DNA from: Tubiluchus corallicola
Lineage: Eukaryota > Animalia > Priapulida
Assembly (NCBI GenBank): GCA_030141605.1
Contig: JAQGDQ010000049.1
Span: forward strand, 310,001-374,000
Direction of reading: 5' to 3'
DNA: 64,000 nucleotides
The translations under genes and the position numbers were made by a program. Below are positions 26,301 to 42,199 of the stretch, piece by piece. Every line of letters starts with the position of its first letter. Position 1 is the stretch's first letter. The notes under the pieces are model-generated. The model saw only the letters and a program-made list of their open reading frames with translations, was not told the DNA's origin and searched no databases.

Positions 26301-27361
26301 TAGAAAGTACAGGGAGAAATCGTTTTCTTCGCGGCGGCATATACGCAGTTCATAAGAGTATTAGAAAAATATTAGAAGAAATTAATACGAGAAAAGTATT
26401 AGAAGCCATCCACATATAACGATATAAAGTTTTCGGCCAATTTCAAGGACCTACCTACCTTGCCTTATAATATGCTCGACCACCTACCTACCCCTTATAT
26501 TGATATCGATATCACACCGATGTAGCCTGTAGCTTATTCTTCCTCCTCCCAAAGACAGGCCAGAATATCATTTACAGTAGGCAGTTACCACTAGGTAGTG
26601 TGCAAATTCACAATTGGCACATATCCGGCAAAACTTGTAAAGTTTTGTTTTTAGCTTTGGTGGCTGTTGCTGGCATGCACATGTGAAAAAAGCATGCAGT
26701 CAACATTATCGTGACTAAATCGCCTACCTACCTTGCGTTATGTGTTATCATTTCTGTTGCCTCCTAACTATCCTAAACTTGATATCGTTATATGTGAATG
26801 GCCCTTTAGTGCATGTTTGCATAAGAGCTTGGTAGTTAGTTAGATTAAATAATAAGAGCCTCGATCCTAAAACGAATAAACACAGTACACAGCCCTAAAA
26901 AGTTTACATATCTTGCTCTATAAATCGTGTACAGATAAAGATTTGTAATTTCTGTTCATAAATTTCCAATAACATAGTTTTTTCTTTATTAGACCAAGCA
27001 AGCTTGAGACCACCATCGTCATCCTCTGATCAGTCTTCCATTACTAAAGCCCCTTCAGGAATGACCATTCGAGAAAAACTACAAGCTCGGCTTAAGAGCA
27101 AGAAGGTTATTTCATATTTGCTAGACGGAATTGTCCTTTTTTAGCAGTGACGTATAACTCATGTCAGAGTTAGTTTCATTACGCCATTCTTGCCCAGTAA
27201 TTTTTTTTGAGACTTGAAAATCCTCGAGATTTAATCTGTTCTTTTTTTGCTTATTATTTTTTATTTTGTTACACAATGAAACAGTAATGCCACATTATGA
27301 AATTACTGTAAGTTCTTTTTTATTATCAAATGTGTTAACAGATAGAATGAGAGGATAGAGA

Positions 27362-27416
<55 letters not shown>

Positions 27417-30400
27417 GGAAAGGGGGAGAGGGAGAAATTTTAGTGCAACACATGTGAAGGAAATTTTGGGCGGATATCAAAAAGTGATTCTTCTGAAACT
27501 GTTTGTTTAATTCACATCCACAAAAAATGTGTAATTATGGATCACATTTCAAAAAAAAATCAATAAACAAAAAATATGAAGAATGCATATTTTTAGGATG
27601 AGGCAGAAACGGCAGCTCTGGCAGATCCCGGAAGACGTCTGCGACGGAAAGATTGGGCTTCGATCTCAACACGTTTTGATACCATTGAACCAGTAATGTT
27701 TTTATCTGTTGAAGTAGTTTAGATATACAGTAAGTTCTCGCTTAACGCATTGCAGAAAAACGTGACGCTAAGCGAAACGAAATGAAGACTTCCATAGAAA
27801 GTAATGTAATAGAATTGAGATACGTTCCACAAGCAAAAATCAATGCTACTTACATCATGTAAATTGAACGTTTTGTGGGTTTTATTCATGTTTCTACTGA
27901 TTAATTTCTTTTTTTTTGCTTGAAACCACCTATCTTTCTATAATATGTATCTAGACAGACTTCTAACCATTCTCGCTTCTTAACGCTGAAACCTATATAT
28001 AGACAGTTTGCAGTTAGGCACTGCGTAGTGAAAGCCAAGCCTGCGTGAAGCGACCTTGAAACAATTTTATGTAGTACTAACCTGGTTGTTATAGCAATAG
28101 CTAGGTTGCTGATAAAATTCCTTAGGTTACTGTTTAGGTTACTTAGTCTCACCATTACTAAAGTGTTTTTTAGAACAGAATGACGCAATATGTACCGTTC
28201 TAGTGCTTCAAAATAGGTAAAAATGTTATTGATAAAATAAAAATGGCTGTGAACAAGCATGCATCGTTAAGTGAGAAAAAGTACATTTCATACAAAGACA
28301 ATGCAATAAAAAAGACACCGATTGAACAGAGTTAGTAGAAAGACACGCAGAGCTACAATAAATTAATTATAAATATATACGAATGTGACAACAACAATAC
28401 AACAAATTTATTCTTGCTAACCTATATGTAGACGAATAAACTTTTACACGATTCTTATGGTGGTTTATTAATGGCACATCTGAAAGAATAGATAAAACTG
28501 GTTTTGATATGTGTTAATGCCTACACCATGTAACTTGAAGGTTTAAGTTCTCTGCAGAGAGGGAGGCTCAACAATGTTAGTGGTGTGGAGGAAAATACAA
28601 ATAAAAGAATAAGGAAAACATTTAACATAATTTTTCAACATGATAATAGCAACCCACTTAAAAAAGTCTGTATTTAGAAGCAATGATTGCTAACATCAAT
28701 TCCTTGATAGAAATTTTACCTTACAGTTTTAATATAAGAAACAGTTTTAGCTATACTTTCAGATATTGCAATTTTTTACTTTATGAATATTACTGTACAT
28801 GTTGATATTCTTGTCATTCTATACGTTTTAATAGTTCAGGTATGACTATCTTATACAGAATGTCTCTGTGGAGTACAAGGAATAAAGCACTTAGCAATTG
28901 ATAGCACTGGCAGTTGATATCAGCTAAGATGTGCATTAGGGCTCAGGCAGTAGCAATATAGCTTGCATAAAGTTTATTCGACATATTCAATAGTTTATAG
29001 TATAGTTATTAGTTGGAAGTGGTACTGATAAGCCACTCACATGGCTATTCATAAATTACCTCCCTTCATTTATTTTAGAATTCTGCCTGGCCAATGTCTA
29101 TAATAATGGACATCATAGTCTGATTTTATTTCATGAATCTGTTTTCACGTGCAAATGGTCTAATTTAGGAAGCAGAAGTAGATGAGGCAGATTTACTACA
29201 ACGGTCACAGCGTATACGTTCTAGATGGAAGAAGGCTAGCTCTAGTGCGCTAGTACAGGTATAAATACTTTTTAGCAATATCATTTAGTCTAGATTGTTA
29301 ACATTCATTCATGTGCCAATATTGCATTAACAACAGGATTTTGATTTTACATTACCAGTTTTTATTAGTTGCAAATTAGCTTTATAAATTTGCCAGATAT
29401 TAGTTACGTAACAGTGTAAAGGTATGATGTTGCATATAATACTGGTCACACTGCTATTTTTAAACTGGTTATTCAATATATAAACGTTTGTTGTTTAGGG
29501 TCAAAAAGTGTCAAAAACAGAAGCATTTGACTTCTTCACTCGGGTTTGGGAGCCAGAAACTGACGAAGAGCAACAGCAGCAACAGGAAAAGCAGCCTTCT
29601 ACCGCAGAAGAAAAAATTTCATCTTCTCCCCAGGCAGAGCCAAAACCTTCAACTTCTAGTGAAGCACAATCTTCTGTCGAGGTAACTCAACTCACACAAA
29701 ACACATTTAGTGCCTTCGGCAACAACTTTGCAATAATCGATGCTTCTCCCTACAATATTCTATATTAACCTTTTTTCTAAGTTTTCAAATTGCAGATATG
29801 ATGCAATAAAACTAAATGTGAATAAAACTGGATTACTAAAATTTTATAATCATCATATTGAATTTGGCCTATTGCAAATTCTCCAAATTTTGTGAGCAAA
29901 CCAAACCAAAATTACCGAAGCTAACCTTTTAGAATTTAAAGGATGCAGTAAAATGCAATGTGGTCAAAAACTTATAATGAATTCACTGGAGTGTAATTTC
30001 CTGGTAAGCTGTTATAATCGACTGCAAAGAATGAAAAAATAATTTAAGAAATATTTAATTTAATCGTTTTTCATTTTCTTTGGGATTTAGTCAAACGAAA
30101 AATGGACTAATGAAAAAAGCGTCACCTTGAAATGATTATTAGTTTAGTTAATGCTAAACTGTAACACTTGTTGCTTGCAAATAAAGATTTTTATTGTGAC
30201 ATCAGCATTGTTGCAAATAAATGAGTATTTTTTGTTGTACTATTGTTTTGCTTTAATTGTTAACACATTGGTATTTACTATAGTGTTTCTTTGGCTTCTT
30301 ATAACTAGGAAATGAAAGACGAACATGAAACTGAAATTGAAGCTGAAGAAAAACCATCAGAAATGAAAAGTAAAGTCGAAGAATCTGTCCCAGAAACCAC

Positions 30401-33400
30401 AGGTGAAACTACTTTGTAAAAATTTCTCCTCAGTTTAATTCACTGGAAATCATTCTAGCTTTCACTAACGCTTCCTTTTTTCATGCACTTATAAAAGTTG
30501 AATAATAATAATTGTTCTCTTTATTGCCATCGTTGCTACAATTTTCATTGTTGACATCCTCAGCAACATTGTTTTTTTTTTATTTCTTCAGGCATCTGTT
30601 TTTAAGCAAGCTAAACTAGTATGTTGGCTTGTAGCTAACAAATTGGCACTTGTTCTAATGTTTTGATTTGTGTCTTTGTACTGCGAAAACATATACTTGG
30701 TGCACACGCCACACATGTACATGTGTACGTGCGTACGTGTGCATGTATAAGAAAACGTAATTTCTTCTCTGGATAACAATGAATTCAATCAACGAGAAGC
30801 ATGAATTACATGAATACAGTGCCCATTATTGTAAGATCTTATGAAATTCTTTGGAGGATTCTGCCCTTATATCTGTATAAATAAACATTGACCACAATCA
30901 TTTTTAGGGATCATGGGCAAGCCTTGGTTATCCCAGCTTCAGTGATTCCTTTTTTGCTGGTGTAAATTAAAGTGAAATATACACCTAACACAATGGCTAT
31001 TGTTGATATGAACAGTTATTTAAACACGTCTTTATTACTTACTTCTTTGTTGCTTACACGACAGCAAAGAAGTTCCATGTTGATATCAACAATAGACGCT
31101 GTGTTGGTTGTTTCATTGACACTCACATTCCCCAGAAACAAATCAGTTAAACTAAAATGTTTTGATTTCTAGTGTTTCACTCATTTTTCTGACGTTATTA
31201 TTAAATAAAAAATCAGGTTTTACGATGTTATGAATCTTTTGTTTATTTGTATGGCTAGGAAAAATTGATTGGTAATTTAAAATGCTCTCATATGCAAGTA
31301 ACAATTACATATGATGAAAGTATTACCTTTTAAGCTAATGTATTTGAACAGTATTTAAAGCTTAAGAATAAGCCTTTTCACAGTTTCGTCATGTACACAT
31401 GCAGTTACTGTAGGTCAAAGGTTAAGTGAACCCCAGCAACGCATCTTAACTATAACTGCCATGTAACGTGTGTAAAGCAAAGCTGCCTGCTGCATTAGTT
31501 CAGTAAATTCAGGTGTTTTACGTGGACTTTATTTAATTAAGTATTGGTCAGTGTGATGTAGAGCGATTTACTAGCAAGATCTTACTTGTGAACAAGGAAA
31601 AATTAAGTGGGTAAGGTTGTAGGTAGCTGCTAAGACTGTTACTATTGTCAAGTGTTTAGAAATGCATTGTCTCGTTCACTTAACCTTTGACCTTTTCACA
31701 ACCATCATCAGTCTCTGGAACTGTGAAAAGGCTTATTCACTGATGCATGTGTTCAAGACAGGTAGAAGCTAAAGTGGATATATAACACAACTGCTTTAAA
31801 TTTTGAATTTAGATGAGACAAGATTGTTACTGGAAGACTTTGATGGTGATGACTGGAGGCTGCAGAGAACGGTACCAGCAGAGTACATTCCGTACAGAAC
31901 TCGTGTAGAAAGAGAACAACCATTCTATTTCATCCCAACAATGGCACGAAGTAAGTTATTTAGTATTCTTGTGTTTTTGTTCTCACTTTGCATAAAGTTT
32001 TGGTTTTTATTTCTTTTATGTCTTTTTGCGAAATCAAAATTATGTTATGAATTTTACATTAGACTTGTAATGTTAAAAAACCGTGCGTTAGTGGCGATCC
32101 ATTGGGAAGCTGTGATCAAGCTAATTACAGAGCCTTGTCCTATAATGCAATACAGTAAATCTGATGTTGCCAAGACTAGATAACCACATTGCCATATTTA
32201 TTCTCAAGCATATCATATGCTTCTCAAGAGCACAATAGTATGCTTCTAGTGGTTCTTAAATTGCATTAGTAACAAAATATTTTTTCTATTTGTTAATATT
32301 TGGTTTAACTCAGGGGTGTGCAAACTGCAGCCCGCGGGCCACTTGCGGCCCACCGAGAGATCTTGTACGGCCCGCGAAGAGGTTTGTCAACGTAATGAAA
32401 GTGCGGCCCACGCGATCCAGCTGGAGTCCGCGCCAATATCGCAAAGATAGTGCGGGTAGTTTTTTCTTCTAGATCGGATGGCATTAACCCTTACAAGACC
32501 GTTGTCACTTAATGTCATTGTCGGACATGACGAAATATTTGGTTTTTAATATAAATTTTAATAACTTCTAAAATAGTTTCTTGAGTGTAGTAGTGCAGTA
32601 GTAATGATGTGCATAAATCGGATGCAAAAAAATCGTTATTAGGTCCTACTGTATTTGGCTGTTTGACCAAACTGCATGTGGACCGCAGGAATTGCGGGAA
32701 TGTTTAATGTGGCCCGGCTAGTCAGATAATTTGCACACCCCTGGTTTAACTTGTGTTATTTCAACAGTAATGCTTCTTAGTCAGTCATATCTGAACATGG
32801 TTTTATTTCTGAAACTAAAGATACTCATGTCAGCATTTGCTGTCCTATCTTTAGGTGAAATACTTACCATTTTTAAACCAAAAATAATTGGACAAAATCT
32901 ATTTTAAATGTTTTGATTTATGTATGATACATGTAATTAAAATTATGGATGCATTTTTATAGCTTTTCGTAGTTCGAAAATAAGATAGTTCACTTCTTTG
33001 ACTTGCAGTGGTCATAAGTCAAATTACCCATTAAGTCTCAATTTTTTTTCATTTTTCACAGAAGCTGTTCAGAGTCCATGAAGGACGAAACTTTCTGTAA
33101 AATATAAAAAAATTATCTGTTCTGTTCATTACATAATTAAATTCTATAAAAAATCACTAGAATGAAATGTGCGGCCATCACAAAATACTTGTTAAACATT
33201 AGATTTCAAGAATGTAAGTACATCTTTAACAGTTCTCAATAGGGTGAGGTGGCCATCCATTCGGATTTTTTGGGTTGTGTCAGGGAATTAGGTTTCGTAT
33301 CAGTTAGCCAAACATGTCTGGGAATTGTCAGGGAAGATCATCAGCATTTTGCTGCCAATCTCACGTTTTTGCAACTTTCAATCAATTGAAATGCAGGTCA

Positions 33401-36400
33401 ATGAAGATAATCTAATTTAATGTTTGCCCTGTTAATGTTCCAGCATAATTATAATTATTAAGTGAGATTATTTTTACTTTTTCAAGTTTGATTATCAATT
33501 TTGTTCGTCGTTGAACCCAATCTTAGCCCAGCTAGCAGTTGTAAGTCGAGTTTTGCAAAATTCTGTTAAACCTGTGTTGATGAGTCAGAATGACTTTGAT
33601 GAGATGCAATAAAATGTATAATTACAAACTTAAAACTTGAAAAAAATCTTTGAAAGCTGTCACTTTAATTTCAAAATATTGTTCAAAGCGTAAAAACAGT
33701 TTTTTTTATTGTAGATAAAATGTAGCCTAAGGGTCAGTAACTTTAATAGTACATGTTTAGTTTTTTGCATTATTTTTAGACTACAAAATTTTAATATTTT
33801 ATAAGTTGCTGGCTTACTATATCCTGTTGCTGACCCATCACTAGTCCAGGATGACTCACCTACCAAGCTATCCCGAAGGTGTCAAGAAAAATCATTTTCA
33901 CAAGATGGTCACCCTACTTCGCAAATTTATTGATGCTTTTTTTAGCTAACATTATTATTATATTGTTTATAGTTCCACCTCATCTGAAAGTGTCAGCTGA
34001 CTCTCCAGTACGCCATCTGGAGGATGAAGGTTTTTACGTGGGAGAGCGACCACCTGTAAATCAACTTAATCTGAACTTGATGGAGGATAGATTATTACAC
34101 GAGAAAGAAAGGGTAAGTGTGCTTAAACTTTGTTCAGTATAGCGTGGATAAGTGAATAAAGTCTGTTGCAGTCAAATAAAAAATGTACGAGTTCATACTG
34201 GACTGAATTTTGGTTTTGAACGTACTTTTATGAACACTTTTTCATGTAGATTGGTATGTACTGTTACGTTATCATAGAATATGCAGGCACTCAGGTCTTT
34301 CCATATTGAACTTTTAGTACATTTTGATTGAAAAAAGACTTTTAGCGACTTGGGATTTTCTTCTGTTGCACTGAAATACTGAAATTCTTTGCCTTAAAAA
34401 CTTATCACTGTTTCTACTGTGCAAAAATACCTGAAGACACATGTTTTTGAAAGCTCCTATGAACAATTCCAAATGCCCTAAACCTCAATAATGATGCACT
34501 TTTACTGTAATCTCTTTGTACATTGCAGAAAATTTTTAATAATTTTAATTGTGTGGCATTTGCTTAAGTCCATAATTGTAATTATGATATTTTACTGTTC
34601 GGCACCATTGAAAGCGTTTTACTTGATGGTGTCCTTTATAAAATGAATTTTATTCATTATTTTGTTATTACAGGGTTATTATAATCATGATTTTTTGAGT
34701 TGACATCTAGTCCAACTACTAGTATATGTTGATGCAGTTCCTGTTAACTTTTTTGGCACACTTCTCTTGACATTAGCAAGTTCATTTATGTTTGCTAATG
34801 TTACCATAAAAAGGTTGCTCCATGTGTATTAAAAGTGCTGATTATTAATTAAGCTAACTCGTAATAGCAATATGTTTGTTTAATACAGGGATCGAAGTGG
34901 TTTGGCGAAGACGGTACGTTAATAGCATTACCAGACCCACTAAAACTTCTACCGTGTAGGCCTCCAGTGGAAGACGAGGATAGCCCCACTATGGATGTAT
35001 TTTATAGAAAGGTAACAAAAACTTGCACCAAGGATGGTTTTCTTTCTTTATTTGTTTATTTGTCTGTCTGTTTGTTCGTTTGTTTCCTGGAGTTGAGCAT
35101 GTAATGACCTACATTTTGCCTCTTTTAGGCAGTTAGCAAGGAGTTCGACAGTCGCTACATAGATGGCAATGCAGAGAACAAAGGTTTCTATCAGCTGGAT
35201 GTTGACATTGCTTCACTCATTTTTATTCATCACTCGCTGTTCAGTCGTGAACATGTATTGGTCATGAGACTTACGGAATTGTATGAAGAATACTGTGATA
35301 GGCAAGAGAAGAATAAAGCCGTTCTTTTAACTGAAAAGGTTTGAAGCTATAGCATTTTAGACCTACTTGTAATTGCCAAATTTAACACAGTAATTGCTAC
35401 ATCTATGTTGTTGATGCTTATTTCGATTGATTAGTTATTTTTGGGTGACTCGCTTGTGAACTTATATATATGTACAATTCTACATTTTTGTTTAATATAC
35501 CATTCCACTATTTATGCAAGACAGTAGCTAGGTGGCTAAAATTCAAATCTGAAGCTGTGTTTACTCGCTCAGTCACTCATTACTGTGAACGTACCATGTC
35601 ATTAATTCAAGCAGCCAGGCTCACAATAAACAGATGCCTAACTTTTGTCCAAAATGGTTGCACAGCGACAAGAGGCGGATTCACAAAACTTCTTACAAAC
35701 TGTTCTATTCATAAGATCGTTCGTAATAACATTCTTGGGCTTACGATGTAATTCACAATGGTTCTGTACGCCAAGTGAGTTATTAAATGAGATTGTAACT
35801 TTATGAAAACAAAAAAAATTCTTACGAAGTTTCTGACGAATGTGTTAGTGAATCTGGCCTCATGTTCTGATCTTTGAAGGTCCATAGTGGTCTGTAGATC
35901 CAGTTTCTGGCATAAAAGTCATGTAAACCCAAGATAGCTTACTTTCTAGCTTACATTATCTCCTTGACTGTGTTTGTTGTAGTTACATTTAGATTTTTTG
36001 TCATTTTTAGCTGCAAGCTTTGAAAACTGCAGCATCTTATTTAAGAACAGCAATTTTAGAAAAGGAAGAGCTGGGAATAACTGATCTTGAAGAAGCCAGA
36101 AGTCAACTAAATGAATATTGGTCAGATATATGGTAAGTTGTTGGTTTCGTAATTTTATGTTTTGTTGTGTTACAAACAATGCCTGCAATAGCTGTTGCTT
36201 CTATAATTTGTGAACATTTCTAGAGACAGCAATTTGTCAGGCGTTGTAAAAATTTAGTTGCAGCATTAGTGATTATTTTATTGTAAACAGCTATTCTCTA
36301 ATTCCTGGGGATTTAGAGCAGACGTCTAGACTAGAACTGCCATTACCCTGCTTCGCGCATTACTTGCCATTACCCAGGATACAGCTGGGTAATAATAGTC

Positions 36401-36494
36401 TCTGTTACCTAGTTGTAGAATTGCTATTTACAGTCGGCAAAAAGCTCTTTCAGCTTATGATAATTGTTCATCCAAAAGCCGACTTTAAATTAAG

Positions 36495-36573
<79 letters not shown>

Positions 36574-39500
36574 TATATCATCAAGATCAACAACATCACC
36601 AAAAGTTAATATTTGTGTATTACACATAGTAGAAAAATAGAAAAAATTGTTTATTTCTTATACTGCTTTCATGTTCGCCCACATTCAATATTTGGGACGT
36701 TGAAATTGACCCTGAAATATGAAACAAGGTGATGTTGGTGTGACGTTACCAATAAAAAATCTTATTATAATATCGTTGGTACATTCGAGTGGAAACCATT
36801 TGTGTATCTTGCTCATTTTGAAGGTATAAAACGTTTTTGAAAACTAAAAATCTAACCTCTAAATGGAATCTTATAAGTTTATAATTTACAGCTGCAGAAT
36901 GTTTCAGCAACCTCAAAAGAACACGGCAGTTGTAACAACTTTTTTGTTTTTTACTTGTTTTCTTTAAACTGATTAATATGAAAATACAGGTACAATTCAA
37001 GGATGTACAGAATTTATGCCCTTCCAGCAAAATAGTGCATTAGGAACATTTATTTATCAAGATATTAATAAATCCTTGTGTTCCAGTACTCAGAGTGGCT
37101 CAAGCAGTAAGTGTCAGCATGGAAATTATGTTGCTGATTTGTTAGGGATGGCAAATGTTAGCTCTCTCTGTATTTTGCTAATAAAGCTGCGATCGTGTTT
37201 TCTTATTGCACTGTATTGTATGTGAATTTAATTTTTTAAACATAAAAAACTGGTCAATAACAAAAACGTAAACAAATAATTTGGTGGAAAAGGTAATGAA
37301 GCTTATTAATCTGTCTACTTTTAACTGGACATTGCAGCTGCTAAATTATATATAAATTACTTGCCGTCCTGCAAATTTTATTTTTCCAGGCAAACTAGAT
37401 ACATGAGAGATGCTGAGTTAGCAAGGGACAGACTCTTGCTAAAGTCTATAATAAAAACCTGGAAGAAGGTAAAGTCACTTAGGGAATTTCAGGGATACAT
37501 CAACACTAGTGTACGCCTTCTCATTCACAAGTAAATATATAATTATTTATTTATTTATATTGTTACCATTATACTAATTTGTCAATGTATTGCATTCTGA
37601 TATGCGACTGAAGATGATGTATTCTTCATTCTAAATTAATAAAGATGTTAATCTAATTCATTTATAAATTTTATAACATAATTATGTCTAGTCATACTTT
37701 TGAGTGGATGGATTGTATAATGTCTATGTTTTTGAGCTTTCATCCTTGGCTCAAATCCAGGTTTAATTGTTTCCTTATTTTCTATTAACTTTTGCTGAAA
37801 GTATTTCATGTTTATGGACCTGCTTTTTTTCAAAAGGTTTTGATTTGAGCGCTACATTAGCTGTGCCATAATGATTTGGCTCTATTAAGTGTACCATATG
37901 ATTTTCTACTCGTCTTTTGTATTTCTACAATATTATAATTATTTCAGCTAAATATATAAAGTATGTCTCTTTGTTTATGGTTAGATATCACTTAACATTT
38001 GTTTGACAAGAAAATCTAGTACAGAAAGCCCTTGCTTAACAATGGCGATGCATTTCAGTAAAATGCATTGTAAGCGAAATGTTATTAAATAAAATTAAGC
38101 CATGCCTTCCATACGGTACAATGCAAATGAGGGAGAATGCTTCCATCTCCAAAAATGATTAATACTTAGCACATTAAAATGAAACTTACTGTGAGCTTTA
38201 TTGCTTACATTTATATATTCTTTGTTTAAGATGAGTTAAAGTACTTTTTCATCACAATAGTATTATAATAGTTCTCAGTTTTAAGTACAGTAATTTTGTA
38301 TATCTAGCGTTTTTAGCAAAATTTAACATTTAAATATTAGTTTTGTTGATTATACTACTCATGAACAAATTATAGGAATAAATTAAGAATTTAATGTCTG
38401 AATATCTAATATGTCTTTTAATCATGATGTTATGGTCTCTTTTGTGATGTCTCTTGTAAGCTTTCCTGTAGTTTTTATTTGGAAAATGTCTGTGGTCACG
38501 TATGGTATGCTTATTGTTGACGGTAAGGAATACCCATAAGCCGAGGAAGCGATGAAGCAAATCATGCCACATTGGTGTGTTGGTCTAGCAACCTGCTATC
38601 AAATCATTTTTGGTTTGTAGTCATTTCTTTGTAGAATGACAAACTAAATCTCACAGCTTAAATTAAGGCCTGAAATTTGTCGTTAAAATAAAACAATCAG
38701 TGTTAAGTAAGAAAAAAATTGATAAAAGTTTTGTCATTGTCAAATGAATCTTCTCTAAATGAGGAATCATGAAGTGAGGATGTGCTGTAACATGACCTTG
38801 CTCAACTGCTGAAATAACCAAATATTATACATTGCAGACAAGCTTCCAACAAAGCTCAAGATGAAAAAATTTGGAATCAGGAAATTGAAGATGAATTGGC
38901 AGAAAGAGTGCAACAGTACAACAGTTCTTATGCTCAGCTGCAAGAACAGTACAACAAGGATCTGGAAAGATATAAAGAGCAGCGAAAAGCCAAGGTATCG
39001 TTATTTAGCACCATTTCTTTCTAATCCAGCTGTTTAAAACGTCGCTTGGACTGTTTTAGGCCTAGAAGGGTAGAAAAGCAAAACACTAAAGAGTTTTGCT
39101 TCAAAACGTTTCAAAAATGCAATCATTTTATGTTATTCTCTATGGTACGAGCGCACAAAGTATGTCATCCACAAATGAGAAAGAAAAACGCAAATGAAAC
39201 AGTATCACGCAAAATTCTAAATGTATCACATGATGCTGGTGTTTTGCTGCAACATGTGTTGCTGTTGTTTTATATTTCATGAAGTAGCTAATGCAGCAAA
39301 ATTGTTGTTTCTGTTTCATAAAACATCTTGTGTTATCAGCTTTTTATACTAGATATACATAAATATATTTTTTGCTTTACTCTTTTTTCCTGTCTGTGTG
39401 CCTTAGGCTTTATTCTCAAGACAGTGCAAACTCCATTGTAAATTGTACACACATATTACTGCCCACATTATTTTATGAATGTAAAATTGTATTTTTATTA

Positions 39501-42144
39501 TGGAAGCACAGTGAAAAAACCAAAATGTTTCTCTATGTCACAGAAAGAAGCCACTAAGAGACAAAAGTCGAAAAAAGATACAGGTGATGAAGTTGACAAG
39601 GACAGTGATGATATTCAGCAGTGTGCTGATGCCCAAATACTAGAGGAGGAAGAGCTTCCCAAACCTGAGCACCTTCCTGTGTTTAATGATGAGGAGGTTA
39701 GAGAGGAGATCCTACAGAAAGCGCTGCAAATCAGGCGTCGGCCGGGAGAACCTCGTCTTGTTTTAGAGTTGACAAAATGCGATGCCACTGCAACCGACAA
39801 GTGTCCAAAGTTAGTATAAAATGCATTCGTCTTTTCCTGTCGGTTTTCATTTTTTTATTTTAATCACAAAATGCATTTGATTAAGTAATAATATTAAGTT
39901 ATGTTAATTAAAGAGGCACAATATATTGTCTATCATACATCCTATAAAATGTTTGCATGACTATAGCTCTGTGTAACTATCAGCATTCTCTTGCTGCTAA
40001 TGCTAAGTAATAACCAGTGTCGTTGTTTATTTGTGTGTTAAAATTTTGCGTCTCAGTCTATCCATGTTGTGTGCTTGTAGTGCAAATCTAGCACTGATAT
40101 TATGGACATTATTTTTGCAGGGGCGAACAGGAAAGGAGGAATGACGTACGTAAACACACTGTCTTTGTGCGAATTCTATTCAATGACAAGGAAGTCAGCA
40201 AGACTTTGAAAAAGTACGATAAATTGATACAGCCAAACCTTGTTATAATGCCAACCTGACTTAACTCCAACTTTTTTGCCGTCCCAAAGTAGGTGGTATG
40301 AAGAGGTTTGACTGTATATTAATTTGTATACGGACTTGTTTTTAATTTGTTTTAAGTAGAATAATTTAATTACTATTTATTCACATTTTCTTTTAACAGT
40401 GTTTTCAACATTATCCTTTGGTGTAGTTAATGTACTTTATCTGTAATGTATTTTTCTACGTATTGTATATTGCTTGTATCCTGACAGTAAGCTAAACTTT
40501 AACTGGCCTTAGCTTTGATGCATTTTTATTGAACTTTTTAATAAAGCGATTTTACTACTGTAAAGCCTTTCAAATCTTCCTGTATTAAAAAATGAATGCT
40601 GTTTTATTTCAAAACTATTAAGTTTCATTTTTCTGATCATTTTCTGGAAGCTTTTCAGCTGATGTCTTATTTGTAGTTTCATAAATTTTAAATAATTCAG
40701 TTAGTGTTTCTACAATTGCTTTTAAATGTGATATTTCTGTTAATTGTCTTGCAGGCCACTGTCTGAAACATTTACTGTTCAGTTTGGTAGAATATTTCCA
40801 GTGCAAATCATCCAGTGGCCAGAAACCGTTAAGCTTCAGGTACATTTTGCAGCATGTAATATTTGGTTACTTCAGCATTTGAGCAAAGTCATATTACACT
40901 ACATCCTCACTTAACGACTCCTCGTTTAGAGAAGATTCGTTTTAACGATAACTAAGTTTTGACAACTTTTTCTTACTTGACGCCGAATATTTCATTTTAA
41001 CGACGAATTTCTGGCATATTAAAAAAATCATGATACATTAAAATTTAAAATACATTAAAAAAATTAATTCATCATAGTAAGTGCAGTCCAAACAAATGTG
41101 TTTAAGATGTTATTTAAAAGAATGTAATGGTTTTGCAGAAAATACAGCAACAGGTAAGTTATTCCAGAGATATGGAGTACAGACAGAAAAAGCTGTTTCT
41201 CCATAAAATACTGTATTTAGAACTGGCTGATGTAAATTCATTTGTTCGTTAGCGTTAGAACGATGTGTTCAGTCGGCTTATGTTAATCGCCATGAGTTAA
41301 TTCTAAATCACATCACACTGATCTAAATATGGCGGCAGGGGGACTTTGTGCCAAATTTGAATTTTCTAACACTAAAATGATTTATAATTAGATTTATGAA
41401 AGCGGCACCATCAGTAACATCCTGTTGGCTGAGATTTTTGTACCAATTCCATCAGTAACTCAAACGTCTGATGCCAAAGAACTAGAAGATCTGGAATTTA
41501 GCAGCCAGCATCGGGTGAGGTACGATCACGAAGCTGTTGGATCAGGTATGGTTTGTTCTTTCTCGTTTGCATACATATATGTTAAGGCTACGTTTTCCAT
41601 TGTCTGTTGCAGTTTTTCTTGCTTAGTATTTTTGTTGTTCTTGGTTGTTTGTTTGTCTCTGAAGGAGTGAGCTAATTACAACTCACTCACCTTGTTGTAT
41701 CAAGAATGACATTGTAGGAAATTAGCCACTGCCTTTCTCATTGACGTTTCTGTTTATGCTGTTTTTACTGTTAGTATAGGTTCATGTTGTAACTTATGCA
41801 TTTATTTTTATTCAAATTGCATTGCAAAAATTTTCTTTAGTAATTAGTTTGGTAAATTTTTTTGTGCTATTTTATACCTGTCCTGGGGGAGCTCATACCA
41901 TTTAAATGAATCATTCATTCTGTTCCATATGTTTTGAAAGATTGTGATAATGCTCGCCTGATTTTTTCATTGTGGAAAATCCAGTTGCAGTTTTTTTGAC
42001 AATTCGTGTAGTTTGACAGACTCATGTCACAGGTTATAGTCCTGTTTTTTTTTGAAATCCAACAAGTGATTATATGTTTAACGTTAATCAGTAGTCAACA
42101 GCGCATCTGTTTCAGTACACTTGACTACCACCAGTGAAATGAAG

Positions 42145-42199
<55 letters not shown>

